DNA of 64,000 bases from Candidatus Cloacimonadales bacterium (GTDB lineage Bacteria; Cloacimonadota; Cloacimonadia; Cloacimonadales; JAIOQZ01). Position numbers and translations under genes: made by a program. The stretch lies in contig OY762463.1 in NCBI GenBank assembly GCA_963665815.1, positions 608,001 to 672,000 of the forward strand, given 5' to 3'. The stretch's first letter is position 1. Each line of letters starts with the position of its first letter. A model generated the notes under the pieces. The model searched no databases and had not been told where the DNA came from. It saw nothing but the letters and a program-made list of their open reading frames with translations. This document shows, piece after piece, positions 30,617 to 40,704 of this stretch.

Positions 30617-30650
30617 TTCGAAATATATTTTTTTTAAAAATTATGTAATC

Positions 30651-31301
30651 TTACAGATTATCGTTTTTCTGAGGGAAAAAATCATTCAGAATTTCAATTT
30701 GCTTCAACACTTTGATTACTTCACCGGTTGAATTATAATATTCCCATTTTGAATATCCGTCTATAGTAACGAAGCGTTTAGTTTTCAACTCTCCTGCTTC
30801 ACCAAATTCACTTTGCAGATACGCATTGTATTTCTTACCGGCTAACTCAATATTCTCAACTTCTTCAATGTAAAGTGAATCAAAATGACACAGAAAACCA
30901 TTATCAATTAAATCATCACTTGTGAAAGAGCCCACACGTGAGCTATATGACCAGAAAACCGGAGTATCATAGATGTTTACTTCACTAAAATACTTTGCTC
31001 CAATTTTGTACACCATACCATTCTCCTGCTTAATTATTGCAGAATATCCATCTTCATTGTCCCAGCTATAGAGAAAAGCATCCTGATAAGTTCCATGAAT
31101 ATAAAGAGTATCAAGGAAAGTCTGAGATTCATCCAGGATTCCATTATTATAGAATGTGTTTTCATATACCCATGCTTTCCCAACAGTCAATGGAAACTCA
31201 TTGGGTAGAGAAACAACGTTCTCTGGTCCTGTTGAATTATTACAAGCGATAAATGATAATCCCCAAATTATCATTATACAGAAATAAATTATTTTCTTCA
31301 T
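30651..31301 (-). CDS. Hypothetical lipoprotein
   Basis: Lipobox FIAC; 'FPLTVGKAWVY' motif common in FCB-group lipoproteins. Confidence 0.75.
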   Translation of the reverse strand: MKKIIYFCIMIIWGLSFIACNNSTGPENVVSLPNEFPLTVGKAWVYENTFYNNGILDESQTFLDTLYIHGTYQDAFLYSWDNEDGYSAIIKQENGMVYKIGAKYFSEVNIYDTPVFWSYSSRVGSFTSDDLIDNGFLCHFDSLYIEEVENIELAGKKYNAYLQSEFGEAGELKTKRFVTIDGYSKWEYYNSTGEVIKVLKQIEILNDFFPQKNDNL

Positions 31302-31468
31302 TATAAGACCCCTATGCTTATTTTAAGAATATTTTAATGATAATTACTCCTCTACTTATGTCAAACAATAAATTTAATTTACAAAAATTACTTACTTTTA
31401 AGTATATACATTTCACAATCTACTATATATCTTTGAAAATTATGTATTTTAATATTAAACATATATAA

Positions 31469-31620
31469 TAGAGGCCTTTGCACAATTGGTGCAGTTGACT
31501 CGATTTCAGTGTCCATCAAAATCTGACTATAATAAGCTTTCCCTTAAATATTTCATTTTGATTTCAAAAATCTCGTCGATGCTTTTTAATCAGCTTGATT
31601 AGCTATTGAGCAAAGCTCTA
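31469..31620 (-). mobile_element. MITE-like element (152 bp), same family as the array unit
   Basis: Terminal inverted repeats TAGAGGCCTTTGCACAAT / ATTGAGCAAAGCTCTA; internal motifs TCGA.GAGATTTT and AAATCGAGTCAACT in the same order as in the 166-bp unit. Confidence 0.8.
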
Positions 31621-31725
31621 ATATTCGTATATCAAACAGTATTTTAATTTGAGTTTACTATTGAATATTAGCAATGATTCGGATTTATTGTTGACATGTT
31701 CAAAGGTTAAATCAATATTAACAAT

Positions 31726-32928
31726 ATGGAAAAAAACGATATTCAAGCAGACATAGAAGAAATAACAAATCACAATACGGATTCGTTTATCAATTCTCTT
31801 TATTCCCTCCGCCATACATTACACATGAATGCAGAATTATCACACAGGGAGAAGAAGACTTCTGGTATACTGAAAGATTTTGTGAAATCATATAACCCTG
31901 ATGAGATTATTGATTTTGACTTTGGTTTTGCTATCATCTGGGATAGTGGAAAGCCCGGGAAGACATTAATGTTCAGAGCTGATATTGACGCTCTACCAAT
32001 TTCTGAGCAGCTCGGAATAGAATATATTTCTCTTAACTCTGGAGTTATGCATGCTTGTGGTCATGATGGACACTCTACGATTATGGCTGGTCTGGCAGTA
32101 AAAATAAGCAATAATCCACCCGATACAGGTAAAGCAGTATTACTTTTTCAACCAGCCGAAGAAACAGGAGAAGGAGCTGAACGGGTTGTAACAAATTCTA
32201 AGTTCAGTCGTATTGAACCGGATTATGTCTTTGGTCTTCATAATATACCCGGCTATCCTCTGCATAGCATTCTTGTAAAAGACAACAGTTTTGCCTGTGC
32301 TTCCAGGGGAATGACAATAAAACTAATTGGGAAAACATCTCACGCTGCAGAACCTGAGAATGGAGTTAATCCTGTATTTGCCATCAAAGAACTGATTGAC
32401 AAGTTCTATGCACTCATTGCTGAAAAGGATACTTTTTCTGCATTTACTAATCTTACAATCATTCACATCAGACTTGGTGAGATTGCCTTTGGTACTTCTC
32501 CGGGATATGCTGAAGTAATGGCAACATTGCGTTCAGAAACAAATGATGATATGGATTTACTTGTTAGTAATTGCGAGAATATACTTCAGAAAGTTGCCAA
32601 AAAAGAAAAACTGCAATTTGATATATCTTATTCAGAAATTTTCCCGGCAACAATCAATGATAAAGAAGCTTCTGATATGATAAGAGATGCTTCTTCCGAG
32701 CTTAATCTTTATATTACTGAACTTAAAAATGCATTCAGATGGTCAGAAGACTTTTCTCAATACACAAGCAGATTTAAAGGAGCATTTTTCGGACTGGGTG
32801 CCGGATCTGATCATCCAATGCTGCACAATCCTGATTATGACTTTCCCGATGAGATCATAGAAACAGGAATTAACACGTTTTACAAAATATACACTAAACT
32901 TATGAAAAAAAATAAAAGGATTTTATGA
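31726..32928 (+). CDS. M20 family amidohydrolase
   Basis: 'FRADIDAL', 'HACGHDGH', 'FQPAEETG', 'SEDF', 'LHNPDYDFPD'. Confidence 0.92.
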   Translation: MEKNDIQADIEEITNHNTDSFINSLYSLRHTLHMNAELSHREKKTSGILKDFVKSYNPDEIIDFDFGFAIIWDSGKPGKTLMFRADIDALPISEQLGIEYISLNSGVMHACGHDGHSTIMAGLAVKISNNPPDTGKAVLLFQPAEETGEGAERVVTNSKFSRIEPDYVFGLHNIPGYPLHSILVKDNSFACASRGMTIKLIGKTSHAAEPENGVNPVFAIKELIDKFYALIAEKDTFSAFTNLTIIHIRLGEIAFGTSPGYAEVMATLRSETNDDMDLLVSNCENILQKVAKKEKLQFDISYSEIFPATINDKEASDMIRDASSELNLYITELKNAFRWSEDFSQYTSRFKGAFFGLGAGSDHPMLHNPDYDFPDEIIETGINTFYKIYTKLMKKNKRIL

Positions 32929-34082
32929 GCTGTTCAACTGAAATTTTTCTTAGCAAAAAAGCAATTATAAACAATATCCGTTTTCTACAGAAAACTTTCG
33001 GAGAAAAAGTGAGAATATCATCCGTCGTTAAAGCTAATGCATATGGTCACGGAATAGAACACTTTGTACCTGCAGTTGAAGAATGCGGTGTGAATCATTT
33101 TTCCACTTTCAGTTATCATGAAGCTCTGAGGGTTAGAAATGTCGTTAAGGATTCAACAGACATTATGATAATGGGTTGGATTGATATTGAAGACCTGGAA
33201 AATGCTATTAAAAATGGATTTGAGTTTTTTGTCTTTGAGCTGGTCATTATCAAAAATGCTGTGAAATTTGCAAAGGACCTTAACACAAAAGCTAAAATCC
33301 ACATTGAAATTGAAACAGGCTTGAATAGAACAGGCTTATCAAATAGTGATTTCATTCAGGTCATGGAACTTATTAATGACAATAAAGACTGTTTCGAGGT
33401 AAAAGGAGTTTGTTCACATCTTGCAGGTGCGGAAAGTATTGCAAACCATGTAAGGGTAGAGTCTCAGATAAACAAGTTCAAACTATACAGGGAAATACTT
33501 CATTCAAACGGTATCAAACCAGAATATTCTCATATAGGATGCTCAGCCGGAGCAATGAGCTATCCGCATTCCAGATTCAACATGGTGCGAATTGGCATAA
33601 TGCAATATGGATTCTGGTCGAGTATGGAAACATTCATCAGGTATAAATCCAGCAATGGCGACATGAATGATCCATTAGAGCGAGTTATCTGCTGGAAATC
33701 TAAAGTAATGAGTATTAAGAAAGTAACAACAGGTGAATTCATCAGTTACGGGACAACCTACCTTGCATCTGAAGATAAAACACTGGCAATTGTTCCTGTT
33801 GGATATTCTAACGGATACAGTAGATCGCTCAGTAATAACGGACGTGTATTAATCAACGGTACCAGATGCGGAGTAATAGGTCTGGTTAATATGAATATGA
33901 TTATTGCTGATATTACAGCACTGCCGGACAATCAGGTTCAGATTGGTGATGAAGTTGTAATTGTTGGTGAACAGGATGATTTGGAAATATCAGTTGATTC
34001 CTTTAGCGAAATCAGTCAGCAGGTGAATTACGAGATTCTTTCACGTATTCCAAAAGAAATTCCAAGATATATTATAGATTAA
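32925..34082 (+). CDS. alr: Alanine racemase
   Basis: 'VVKANAYGHG' (PLP lysine), 'MVRIGI', 'SYG', 'VGYSNGY'. Confidence 0.95.
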   Translation: MSCSTEIFLSKKAIINNIRFLQKTFGEKVRISSVVKANAYGHGIEHFVPAVEECGVNHFSTFSYHEALRVRNVVKDSTDIMIMGWIDIEDLENAIKNGFEFFVFELVIIKNAVKFAKDLNTKAKIHIEIETGLNRTGLSNSDFIQVMELINDNKDCFEVKGVCSHLAGAESIANHVRVESQINKFKLYREILHSNGIKPEYSHIGCSAGAMSYPHSRFNMVRIGIMQYGFWSSMETFIRYKSSNGDMNDPLERVICWKSKVMSIKKVTTGEFISYGTTYLASEDKTLAIVPVGYSNGYSRSLSNNGRVLINGTRCGVIGLVNMNMIIADITALPDNQVQIGDEVVIVGEQDDLEISVDSFSEISQQVNYEILSRIPKEIPRYIID

Positions 34083-34220
34083 TATTTCAATACATACGTT
34101 CATGTATAAACCATCTTCAATATTTGATATCAGAACATGAATCAATTTTAGCTTATATAATCATTGACACACCTGAGCACCATTCTTTAATTAAGAATAA
34201 AATTTTAAGAGGAGCCGGTG

Positions 34221-35960
34221 ATGAAATTTTTTGTATTTTCTTTAATGTTAGTGTTATCTTTCTGTCTTTGTGCAGAAACTTTGATAAATCTCAATTTCGA
34301 AAACAGTTTTGAAAACTGGACTGTAGTTGACAATGATGAAGATGGTAAGCAATGGGAACGATCAGATGATGCTGATGCTGTACATAATGGTGCCTGGGGG
34401 GCACAGATAGAATATAACAGAGAGCAAAACGATGACTGGCTTCTCAGCCCTCAGCTTAGCATTCCCTATAACAGAACTCTTGAATTAAAATTGTGGGCTA
34501 AATCTTCATCCAATAATTTACCTGAATCGTTCAAAGTTAAAATATCCACAGCATCCAGCGATATAGCAGACTTCACCGATTATATTGCTGGAGTATCAGC
34601 TGTTCCGAATGTATGGACTGAATACGTTTATGATCTGACTGATTATCAGGGAAATGTATTTTATATTGGTATACAGTGTGATTCTGAGGATCAGGCTTTT
34701 CTTTACATTGATGATATAACTCTGACTATGGAAGATGGTCCCGGGGTTGATGGGTGGCTGTTATCCAACAATTATGATATTGGAATGGATTTTAACTCAA
34801 TCTATTTCCCTACTGAAACAATCGGATATGCCTGTGGCCTTGCTGGTACAACAACAAGTGCCTACAAATCTACTGATGGTGGAGCTCATTGGACAGGACT
34901 TGATGTAAACACAACTAATTCCACAAATCGTTACTTGAGAGATGTATACTTTAAAACGGATTTAACAGGTTTCTTTTTTGGAGGGCTTGGTGGAGATGCA
35001 GTTATCATTAAGACAGAAGATGGTGGTACCACATGGAACGAAGTGACTAACAATGCAGAAGGATATGTCAACTCAGTCGATTTTCTTGATGATAATCACG
35101 GAATTGCCTGTCTAAATACTGGCAAGATACTGGAAACAACAGATGGAGGAAGTACCTGGACTCAGAGAGATATCGGAAATCTGGTACACCTTAATGTTGT
35201 TCAGTTTGTAGATAATCTGGTTGGCTACATGGGTGGAAGACTTTCGACAGTTCTTAAAACGACTGACGGTGGTCAAAACTGGACTAATCTTGATATAGGA
35301 GCGGACAATTATGATATTCATGATCTTCATTTTATCACGTCCGATTACGGTTATGTAATTACCGGAACAAGTCTTTACTTCACAGATGACGGTGGAGTAA
35401 CCTGGAATGAACGTGTTGTTACAGGTAATACTCAGGATTTAAGAGCTATTGAGTTTGCCGATGCCAGCAATGGCTGGTTAGCAGGTAACAACGGAACAAT
35501 ATACAAAACAGGGAATGGTGGACTGACATGGTATTCTCAGCCCAGTGGAACTCTCAGTAATCTTCTCGACATTTACTGCTATGATTTTGAAAAAGACTGG
35601 ATTGCAGGAGCAGAAGGTATTGTTCTTTATTCTGTTACAGGTGGTGGAGTAGATAACGATGAGAATACTGTTGAAAGAGTAACTGATATGGAGGCGTCCA
35701 ACTATCCCAATCCGTTCAATCCAAGAACAACAATTAGTTTTTCAATCAAAGATGCGAATATAGCAAATGTTGCCATATATAATATTAAGGGTCAAAAGGT
35801 ATTCTCTTTCGACAATGTGAAAATGAACACTAATTCCGGTCAGGTTGTCTGGAACGGTATAGACAGAAGTGGAAAAGTTGTTGGAACAGGTGTTTATTTT
35901 TACAAAATAACAACAGATAATCAAGCTATTCTCACAAAAAAAATGGTGCTGATTAAATAG
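34221..35960 (+). CDS. Secreted protein: cleaved-adhesin-like domain, YCF48/BNR propeller and T9SS-type CTD
   Basis: 'WTVVDNDEDG..W', 'DDWLLSPQ'; repeated T.DGG.TW Asp-boxes; YPNPFNP...KKMVLIK. Confidence 0.88.
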   Translation: MKFFVFSLMLVLSFCLCAETLINLNFENSFENWTVVDNDEDGKQWERSDDADAVHNGAWGAQIEYNREQNDDWLLSPQLSIPYNRTLELKLWAKSSSNNLPESFKVKISTASSDIADFTDYIAGVSAVPNVWTEYVYDLTDYQGNVFYIGIQCDSEDQAFLYIDDITLTMEDGPGVDGWLLSNNYDIGMDFNSIYFPTETIGYACGLAGTTTSAYKSTDGGAHWTGLDVNTTNSTNRYLRDVYFKTDLTGFFFGGLGGDAVIIKTEDGGTTWNEVTNNAEGYVNSVDFLDDNHGIACLNTGKILETTDGGSTWTQRDIGNLVHLNVVQFVDNLVGYMGGRLSTVLKTTDGGQNWTNLDIGADNYDIHDLHFITSDYGYVITGTSLYFTDDGGVTWNERVVTGNTQDLRAIEFADASNGWLAGNNGTIYKTGNGGLTWYSQPSGTLSNLLDIYCYDFEKDWIAGAEGIVLYSVTGGGVDNDENTVERVTDMEASNYPNPFNPRTTISFSIKDANIANVAIYNIKGQKVFSFDNVKMNTNSGQVVWNGIDRSGKVVGTGVYFYKITTDNQAILTKKMVLIK

Positions 35961-36108
35961 TATCATGCCGTTTTTCCAGAGATAACTGAATAGTATTATA
36001 AATAATTCATATCAAAATTTGCTATTTATAAAAATTTAGATAATATTTATTGCTGGACTGATTTCAATTAGAATAACCCAGTAAATAATAGAAAGGTAGA
36101 AATAAACA

Positions 36109-36783
36109 ATGAATGGAAAACTCATAATTGTAATAGGAGCTTATGGAAGCGGAAAAAGTGAGTATGCAATAAATCTGGCTTATAATATGAATAAAAATCA
36201 CGATAATGTCGTACTTGTAGATATGGATGTTGTTAATCCTTACTTCAGATCAAGAGATGTAACCGAAGCTTTCACAGATCAAGGAATTGATGTTATCAGC
36301 CCGGAAGGAGAATACAGATTTGCTGACCTTCCCATGATTTCCCCTAGAATTCGGGGTGCAATTGTCAACAAAGAAAAGAACGTCATCCTTGATGTTGGCG
36401 GAGATCCTGCCGGCTGTAGAACTCTTGGTAGATTCGTTAAGGAGATTAAAAACAGAGGATACGAAATGCATCATGTTGTAAACACAAACAGACCATTCAC
36501 ATCTGATGTTAAAGGCGTAATAGACATGAAGTTCATGCTTGAGAATACATCTCAACTGAAGATTACGGAATACGTGTCAAATGCAAATCTGATGGAACTG
36601 ACTGATATTGAAGTCATTACATCAGGTATAAATATACTTTCGGAAGTATCAGAGAAGACAGGTGTTGCATTCAGTAATTTCCTTGTCCTCGATAAGCTCG
36701 ATAGAAATATTCCTTCAGAAATAAACGGTAAAAAGAAAATGATTCTTGATTATTATCTGAAAAAACCCTGGGAATTGAAATAG
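36109..36783 (+). CDS. P-loop ATP-binding protein (MinD/CobQ-like)
   Basis: 'GAYGSGKSE', 'DMDVVNPYFRSRD', 'ILDVGGD'. Confidence 0.85.
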   Translation: MNGKLIIVIGAYGSGKSEYAINLAYNMNKNHDNVVLVDMDVVNPYFRSRDVTEAFTDQGIDVISPEGEYRFADLPMISPRIRGAIVNKEKNVILDVGGDPAGCRTLGRFVKEIKNRGYEMHHVVNTNRPFTSDVKGVIDMKFMLENTSQLKITEYVSNANLMELTDIEVITSGINILSEVSEKTGVAFSNFLVLDKLDRNIPSEINGKKKMILDYYLKKPWELK

Positions 36784-36815
36784 TTTTTTAATATAAGGAG
36801 ACTTTAATATAGTCG

Positions 36816-39809
36816 ATGTCTGGAACTCAGCGATGGAACAACAAAGGAGATATTCCGGAACAGAATAATAACACAAAATCTGATTCCGAAGTTTCTCTTT
36901 TTGCTGAGAATGACCAGATTATTGATTTTCGCTATAGTGTTGTCAGCTCAATTGGTTCTGGAAATTTCGCCGAAGTCTTCCGAGTTCGCGACCTGAATGA
37001 CAAATCTGAAAAAGCCCTGAAGCTGTTCTACAATACAGGAATTCTTCATCCGGAGCAAGTTCAGGAGGAGATCAAATTACTTAGATCTCTCAAACACGAT
37101 AATATTCCCAAAGTCAATGACTTCAACATAAGAGCAGAAAAACCTTATATTGTAACTAATCTTATAAAAGGAAAAACACTTTCGGACAAGTTAACTCAAT
37201 ATGACCTGTCAGATAAGAATAAGACAAAAATTTTTGTCAGCCTGCTAAAAACCCTCATATATGTTCATAACATGAATATCCTTCACTGCGATATAAATCC
37301 TGATAACATTCTTGTAAAAAATGATAACTCTATAGGACTAATAGATTTCAGCAGTGCAAGAAACAAACAGTCTATAGACTACAGCAGAAAAGAAGGAACC
37401 TTTGAGTACACAGCACCGGAGGTTCTGGAAAGCAATAAACTTTCCGACTCAAGTGATATCTTTTCATTCGGAGTAACCTGCTTTAGACTATTTCATGGGA
37501 AACATCCCTTCAAACTCAATACTGTCAGTGTTGACTATACTATGCCATTAGAGATAAGGAACTCCGACAGTAAAATAGATAAAATCCTGAAGAAATGCCT
37601 CTATCTGAAACCTGAAGATCGCTATAAATGTTTCCCGGATATACTAAAAGACTTTGAGGCAAGTCCAGCAGAAGATGAAGCTGTCAGGTCTGAGATTCCT
37701 CAAAAATTTACACCGGTAAAACAAGAAGAAGAATCTGATAATACGAAATATTATATATATACAATAGCAATTCTTATAATGCTTAATCTGCTATTACTGA
37801 AACCATTTGTAGAATCAATGGAAATACTGGTTAACCCGGTCAGAAAAATACAGTTCAGTGCAGAAGGTTATTCTGTTGAAGTCAATAACCAGAATCAATC
37901 CCAAAGTGATGGAACAGTCTCTGTAAAACCAGGTGATTTGATAACACTTATGAGAAAAAACGGAGATAAGCTGAAAAAGTTCAGTTTCATCTATGATAAT
38001 CAGGACTCACTGATGTTCAACATCAATAACAGCAGGATTGTATTAAATAACAGATTGTTCGGTGCTGCAATAAACCGTGAAGAAGACCTTGATTCACTTA
38101 ACAATCTCTCAGTGTATGAGTTTCATATACCGCTGACAAACCTCATTGTGAACCGTCTCAAAAGCAGACAGATAAGCATATCGATAAAAGACTCTCTTGC
38201 AGCAGACAGTCTGTCTGAAAATATTATTGTGATGCAGTTAAATGATATGACAATAAGTTGTCCAGTTCTCAAAAAGCTGAAGCGTGTTAGGGCTATATCC
38301 CTCAACAATACTATTGTATGTTCCGGGGCTGATTCAATAAATTCAGAATTTTCTGACAGTTTGAAATTTCTGAGCATTAACAACAGCAGAATCTCTAATA
38401 AGTCGTTATTTAATTCTCTAAATAATCTGGAATACTTCAATATCAATAACAGTATTCTACCATATATTGATCTGAGAAATGCAAAGAACCTTAAGAACTT
38501 GAACCTTGGAGACAAAAGTCAGGGCTACACAATCCATTATCCGGAAAAAACCAGCCAGACATTCAGTAATGACTCTACCGGAAATTCAAAAAGACTGAGA
38601 AAAGAACGTATTATTGAGCAATATGCAGGTTTAAAAGAGAAATTGATTATCTTTGTATTTGTAATATCACTCCTTATAATAGTCTACTATGCATTCAAAT
38701 TAATAAAAATCTTACTTGAACAGAGAAAGTATCTGATAAAAAAGAAGAATAAACCTGAACATATTCCTACAAATACTTCTGATGTTGAGCCTGATTCTGA
38801 AGATGTAAATCCTGAGCTGAAAGAACCAGAAGAAAATGTTTTTGATAATGAGAAGAAAGCTGATGTTGAACCGGAATCTGAACCTCAGCATGTTGAAACA
38901 ATCTCCAGAGACGAGTTCAAGCAGCTAAAAAAGAAGATTGCAGTATATAGAAAACACAATGAGTTCGAACCAATCTACCATATAGCAAAGAAATTGCAGA
39001 CAAGAGATTCTTCTGCAAAATGGATTAAGCTTGAAAAAGAAATGCTTAAGAAGCTGAGTCGCAATAACGCTCTAAGCTTTATAGAAGTAAAAGGCGGTAG
39101 CTTCAAAATTGGTGATTTTATGGATAAATCCCTTAGTATAGCCTTACCGGTCAAAGATATAATGATATCTACTTTCTACATGAGTGATGTCCCTGTTACT
39201 AATCAGCAATTCTGTGATTTCCTTAATGCAATGGGTCAACATAAATCGGGCAGATATAACTGGCTGAACTTGAACAGCCGTTACTGCCTCATAGAGAAAA
39301 CGGATCGTTACCAGCCGAAACTGCCCTATGGAGACTTTCCTGTAATAGAAGTTACCTGGTACGGAGCTAAAGCCTATTGTGACTGGTGTGACTGTAGACT
39401 GCCCACTGAAGCAGAATGGGAGTTTGCTGCAAGAGACAGAGGTCTTCCCCATCCTTTCAGTTTTTATGGAAAAGTTGATAGAAATAAAGCGAATTATCTG
39501 GTTGACCAGAATGATAACCGGTGGCACTCGTTAGTTCCAGTGAAATCATTTAAACCCAATAAACTGGGATTGTATGAGATGTCAGGAAATATTCTTGAGT
39601 GGTGTCTCGACTATTATGATGCTGAATACTACCAGACAATACCCAAGGTTAATCCTCTATACAATGGTACAACCGGAATGCGTTCTGTTCGCGGTGGAGC
39701 TTGGTGCTTTGAAGCAAGAAAAATGATGACGTATTACAGAGGTGGACTTAATCCTGCATCAAACAATAACTTTACGGGATTCCGTATAGTAAAGAAAGGA
39801 ACCGAATGA
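36816..39809 (+). CDS. Ser/Thr kinase-TM-LRR-like-TM-FGE/SUMF1 (C-type-lectin fold) fusion protein
   Basis: Kinase IGSGNFAEV/ALK/HCDINPDN/DFS/GTFEYTAPE; two TM helices; FGE motifs RLPTEAEWEFAAR, GLYEMSGNILEW, RGGAW, GFR. Confidence 0.88.
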   Translation: MSGTQRWNNKGDIPEQNNNTKSDSEVSLFAENDQIIDFRYSVVSSIGSGNFAEVFRVRDLNDKSEKALKLFYNTGILHPEQVQEEIKLLRSLKHDNIPKVNDFNIRAEKPYIVTNLIKGKTLSDKLTQYDLSDKNKTKIFVSLLKTLIYVHNMNILHCDINPDNILVKNDNSIGLIDFSSARNKQSIDYSRKEGTFEYTAPEVLESNKLSDSSDIFSFGVTCFRLFHGKHPFKLNTVSVDYTMPLEIRNSDSKIDKILKKCLYLKPEDRYKCFPDILKDFEASPAEDEAVRSEIPQKFTPVKQEEESDNTKYYIYTIAILIMLNLLLLKPFVESMEILVNPVRKIQFSAEGYSVEVNNQNQSQSDGTVSVKPGDLITLMRKNGDKLKKFSFIYDNQDSLMFNINNSRIVLNNRLFGAAINREEDLDSLNNLSVYEFHIPLTNLIVNRLKSRQISISIKDSLAADSLSENIIVMQLNDMTISCPVLKKLKRVRAISLNNTIVCSGADSINSEFSDSLKFLSINNSRISNKSLFNSLNNLEYFNINNSILPYIDLRNAKNLKNLNLGDKSQGYTIHYPEKTSQTFSNDSTGNSKRLRKERIIEQYAGLKEKLIIFVFVISLLIIVYYAFKLIKILLEQRKYLIKKKNKPEHIPTNTSDVEPDSEDVNPELKEPEENVFDNEKKADVEPESEPQHVETISRDEFKQLKKKIAVYRKHNEFEPIYHIAKKLQTRDSSAKWIKLEKEMLKKLSRNNALSFIEVKGGSFKIGDFMDKSLSIALPVKDIMISTFYMSDVPVTNQQFCDFLNAMGQHKSGRYNWLNLNSRYCLIEKTDRYQPKLPYGDFPVIEVTWYGAKAYCDWCDCRLPTEAEWEFAARDRGLPHPFSFYGKVDRNKANYLVDQNDNRWHSLVPVKSFKPNKLGLYEMSGNILEWCLDYYDAEYYQTIPKVNPLYNGTTGMRSVRGGAWCFEARKMMTYYRGGLNPASNNNFTGFRIVKKGTE

Positions 39810-40441
39810 AAAAAGTAATTACTGAAGATAAATCTATTACATTCTACAATGAAGAGTTTGACGAAACTTATCACTCGACAACAGGAGCTGTAGAAGAAGC
39901 TTATGAGAAATATGTAAAACCGCTCAATGTATCTGATGGGATGACAATACTGGACTTCTGTTATGGGTTAGGCTATAATTCTGCAGCAGCTATGTCCTCA
40001 TGCAGCAATCTCAACATCACTGCTCTGGAGGTTGACGAGGATATTATCAGTAAATCATTCACTATAAACATTCCTGAGAAACTGGAAGAGACATATAAAT
40101 ATCTACGTCAACTTATGGGAAAAAATCCTGTTAGTGACGCAAAAGGTAATGTCATCCATTTAATTATCGATGATGCATTGAAAGTAATGTATGAGCTACT
40201 CCCAAATATGTTTGATCGTGTTTTTTTTGATCCTTTTTCCCCACAGAAGCATCCTGATATGTGGACAGAAGATGTTTTCAAGGAAATGATCAGGATTATG
40301 AAGCCAGGAGGAAAACTGGCAACTTACAGTTGTTCAAAGAGAGTCCGCAGAGCAATGTCAGCAGCGGGATTTGATGTTAAAGATGGTCCGTGCATTGGCA
40401 GAAGAAGTCCATCCACAATAGCTGTTAAACCGTCGATATAA
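39806..40441 (+). CDS. MnmC/MnmD-type tRNA methyltransferase domain protein
   Basis: 'TEDKSITFYN...ETYHS..GA.EEA', 'DFCYGLGYN', 'FFDPFSP...PDMWT', 'LATYS'. Confidence 0.85.
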   Translation: MKKVITEDKSITFYNEEFDETYHSTTGAVEEAYEKYVKPLNVSDGMTILDFCYGLGYNSAAAMSSCSNLNITALEVDEDIISKSFTINIPEKLEETYKYLRQLMGKNPVSDAKGNVIHLIIDDALKVMYELLPNMFDRVFFDPFSPQKHPDMWTEDVFKEMIRIMKPGGKLATYSCSKRVRRAMSAAGFDVKDGPCIGRRSPSTIAVKPSI

Positions 40442-40704
40442 CTGTATAATCTTTTGCATGGTAATTTAGCAACGGGTTTATATAAATTATTTGTGGAAAT
40501 CATAATCATTATTTCCTAAAGCCTGAAACATGATTGAAAAGAGTTAAAGATCTATATTATTGTAGAACAATTATATAGTATTATGCAATTACAATTAAGT
40601 AAAAACAGACTGTCAGTAATTAACAGTCTGTTCATTGTGGTATTTATTAGAGATCTCTGCATATTTGAGCACATATTTTTACTTCTATACAAAGCACTCT
40701 TCAT

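Noticed and set aside
39680-39800. Diversity-generating retroelement variable region in the FGE/C-type-lectin domain
   Set aside because: No template-repeat copy and no reverse transcriptase seen in this window; a remote DGR cannot be excluded
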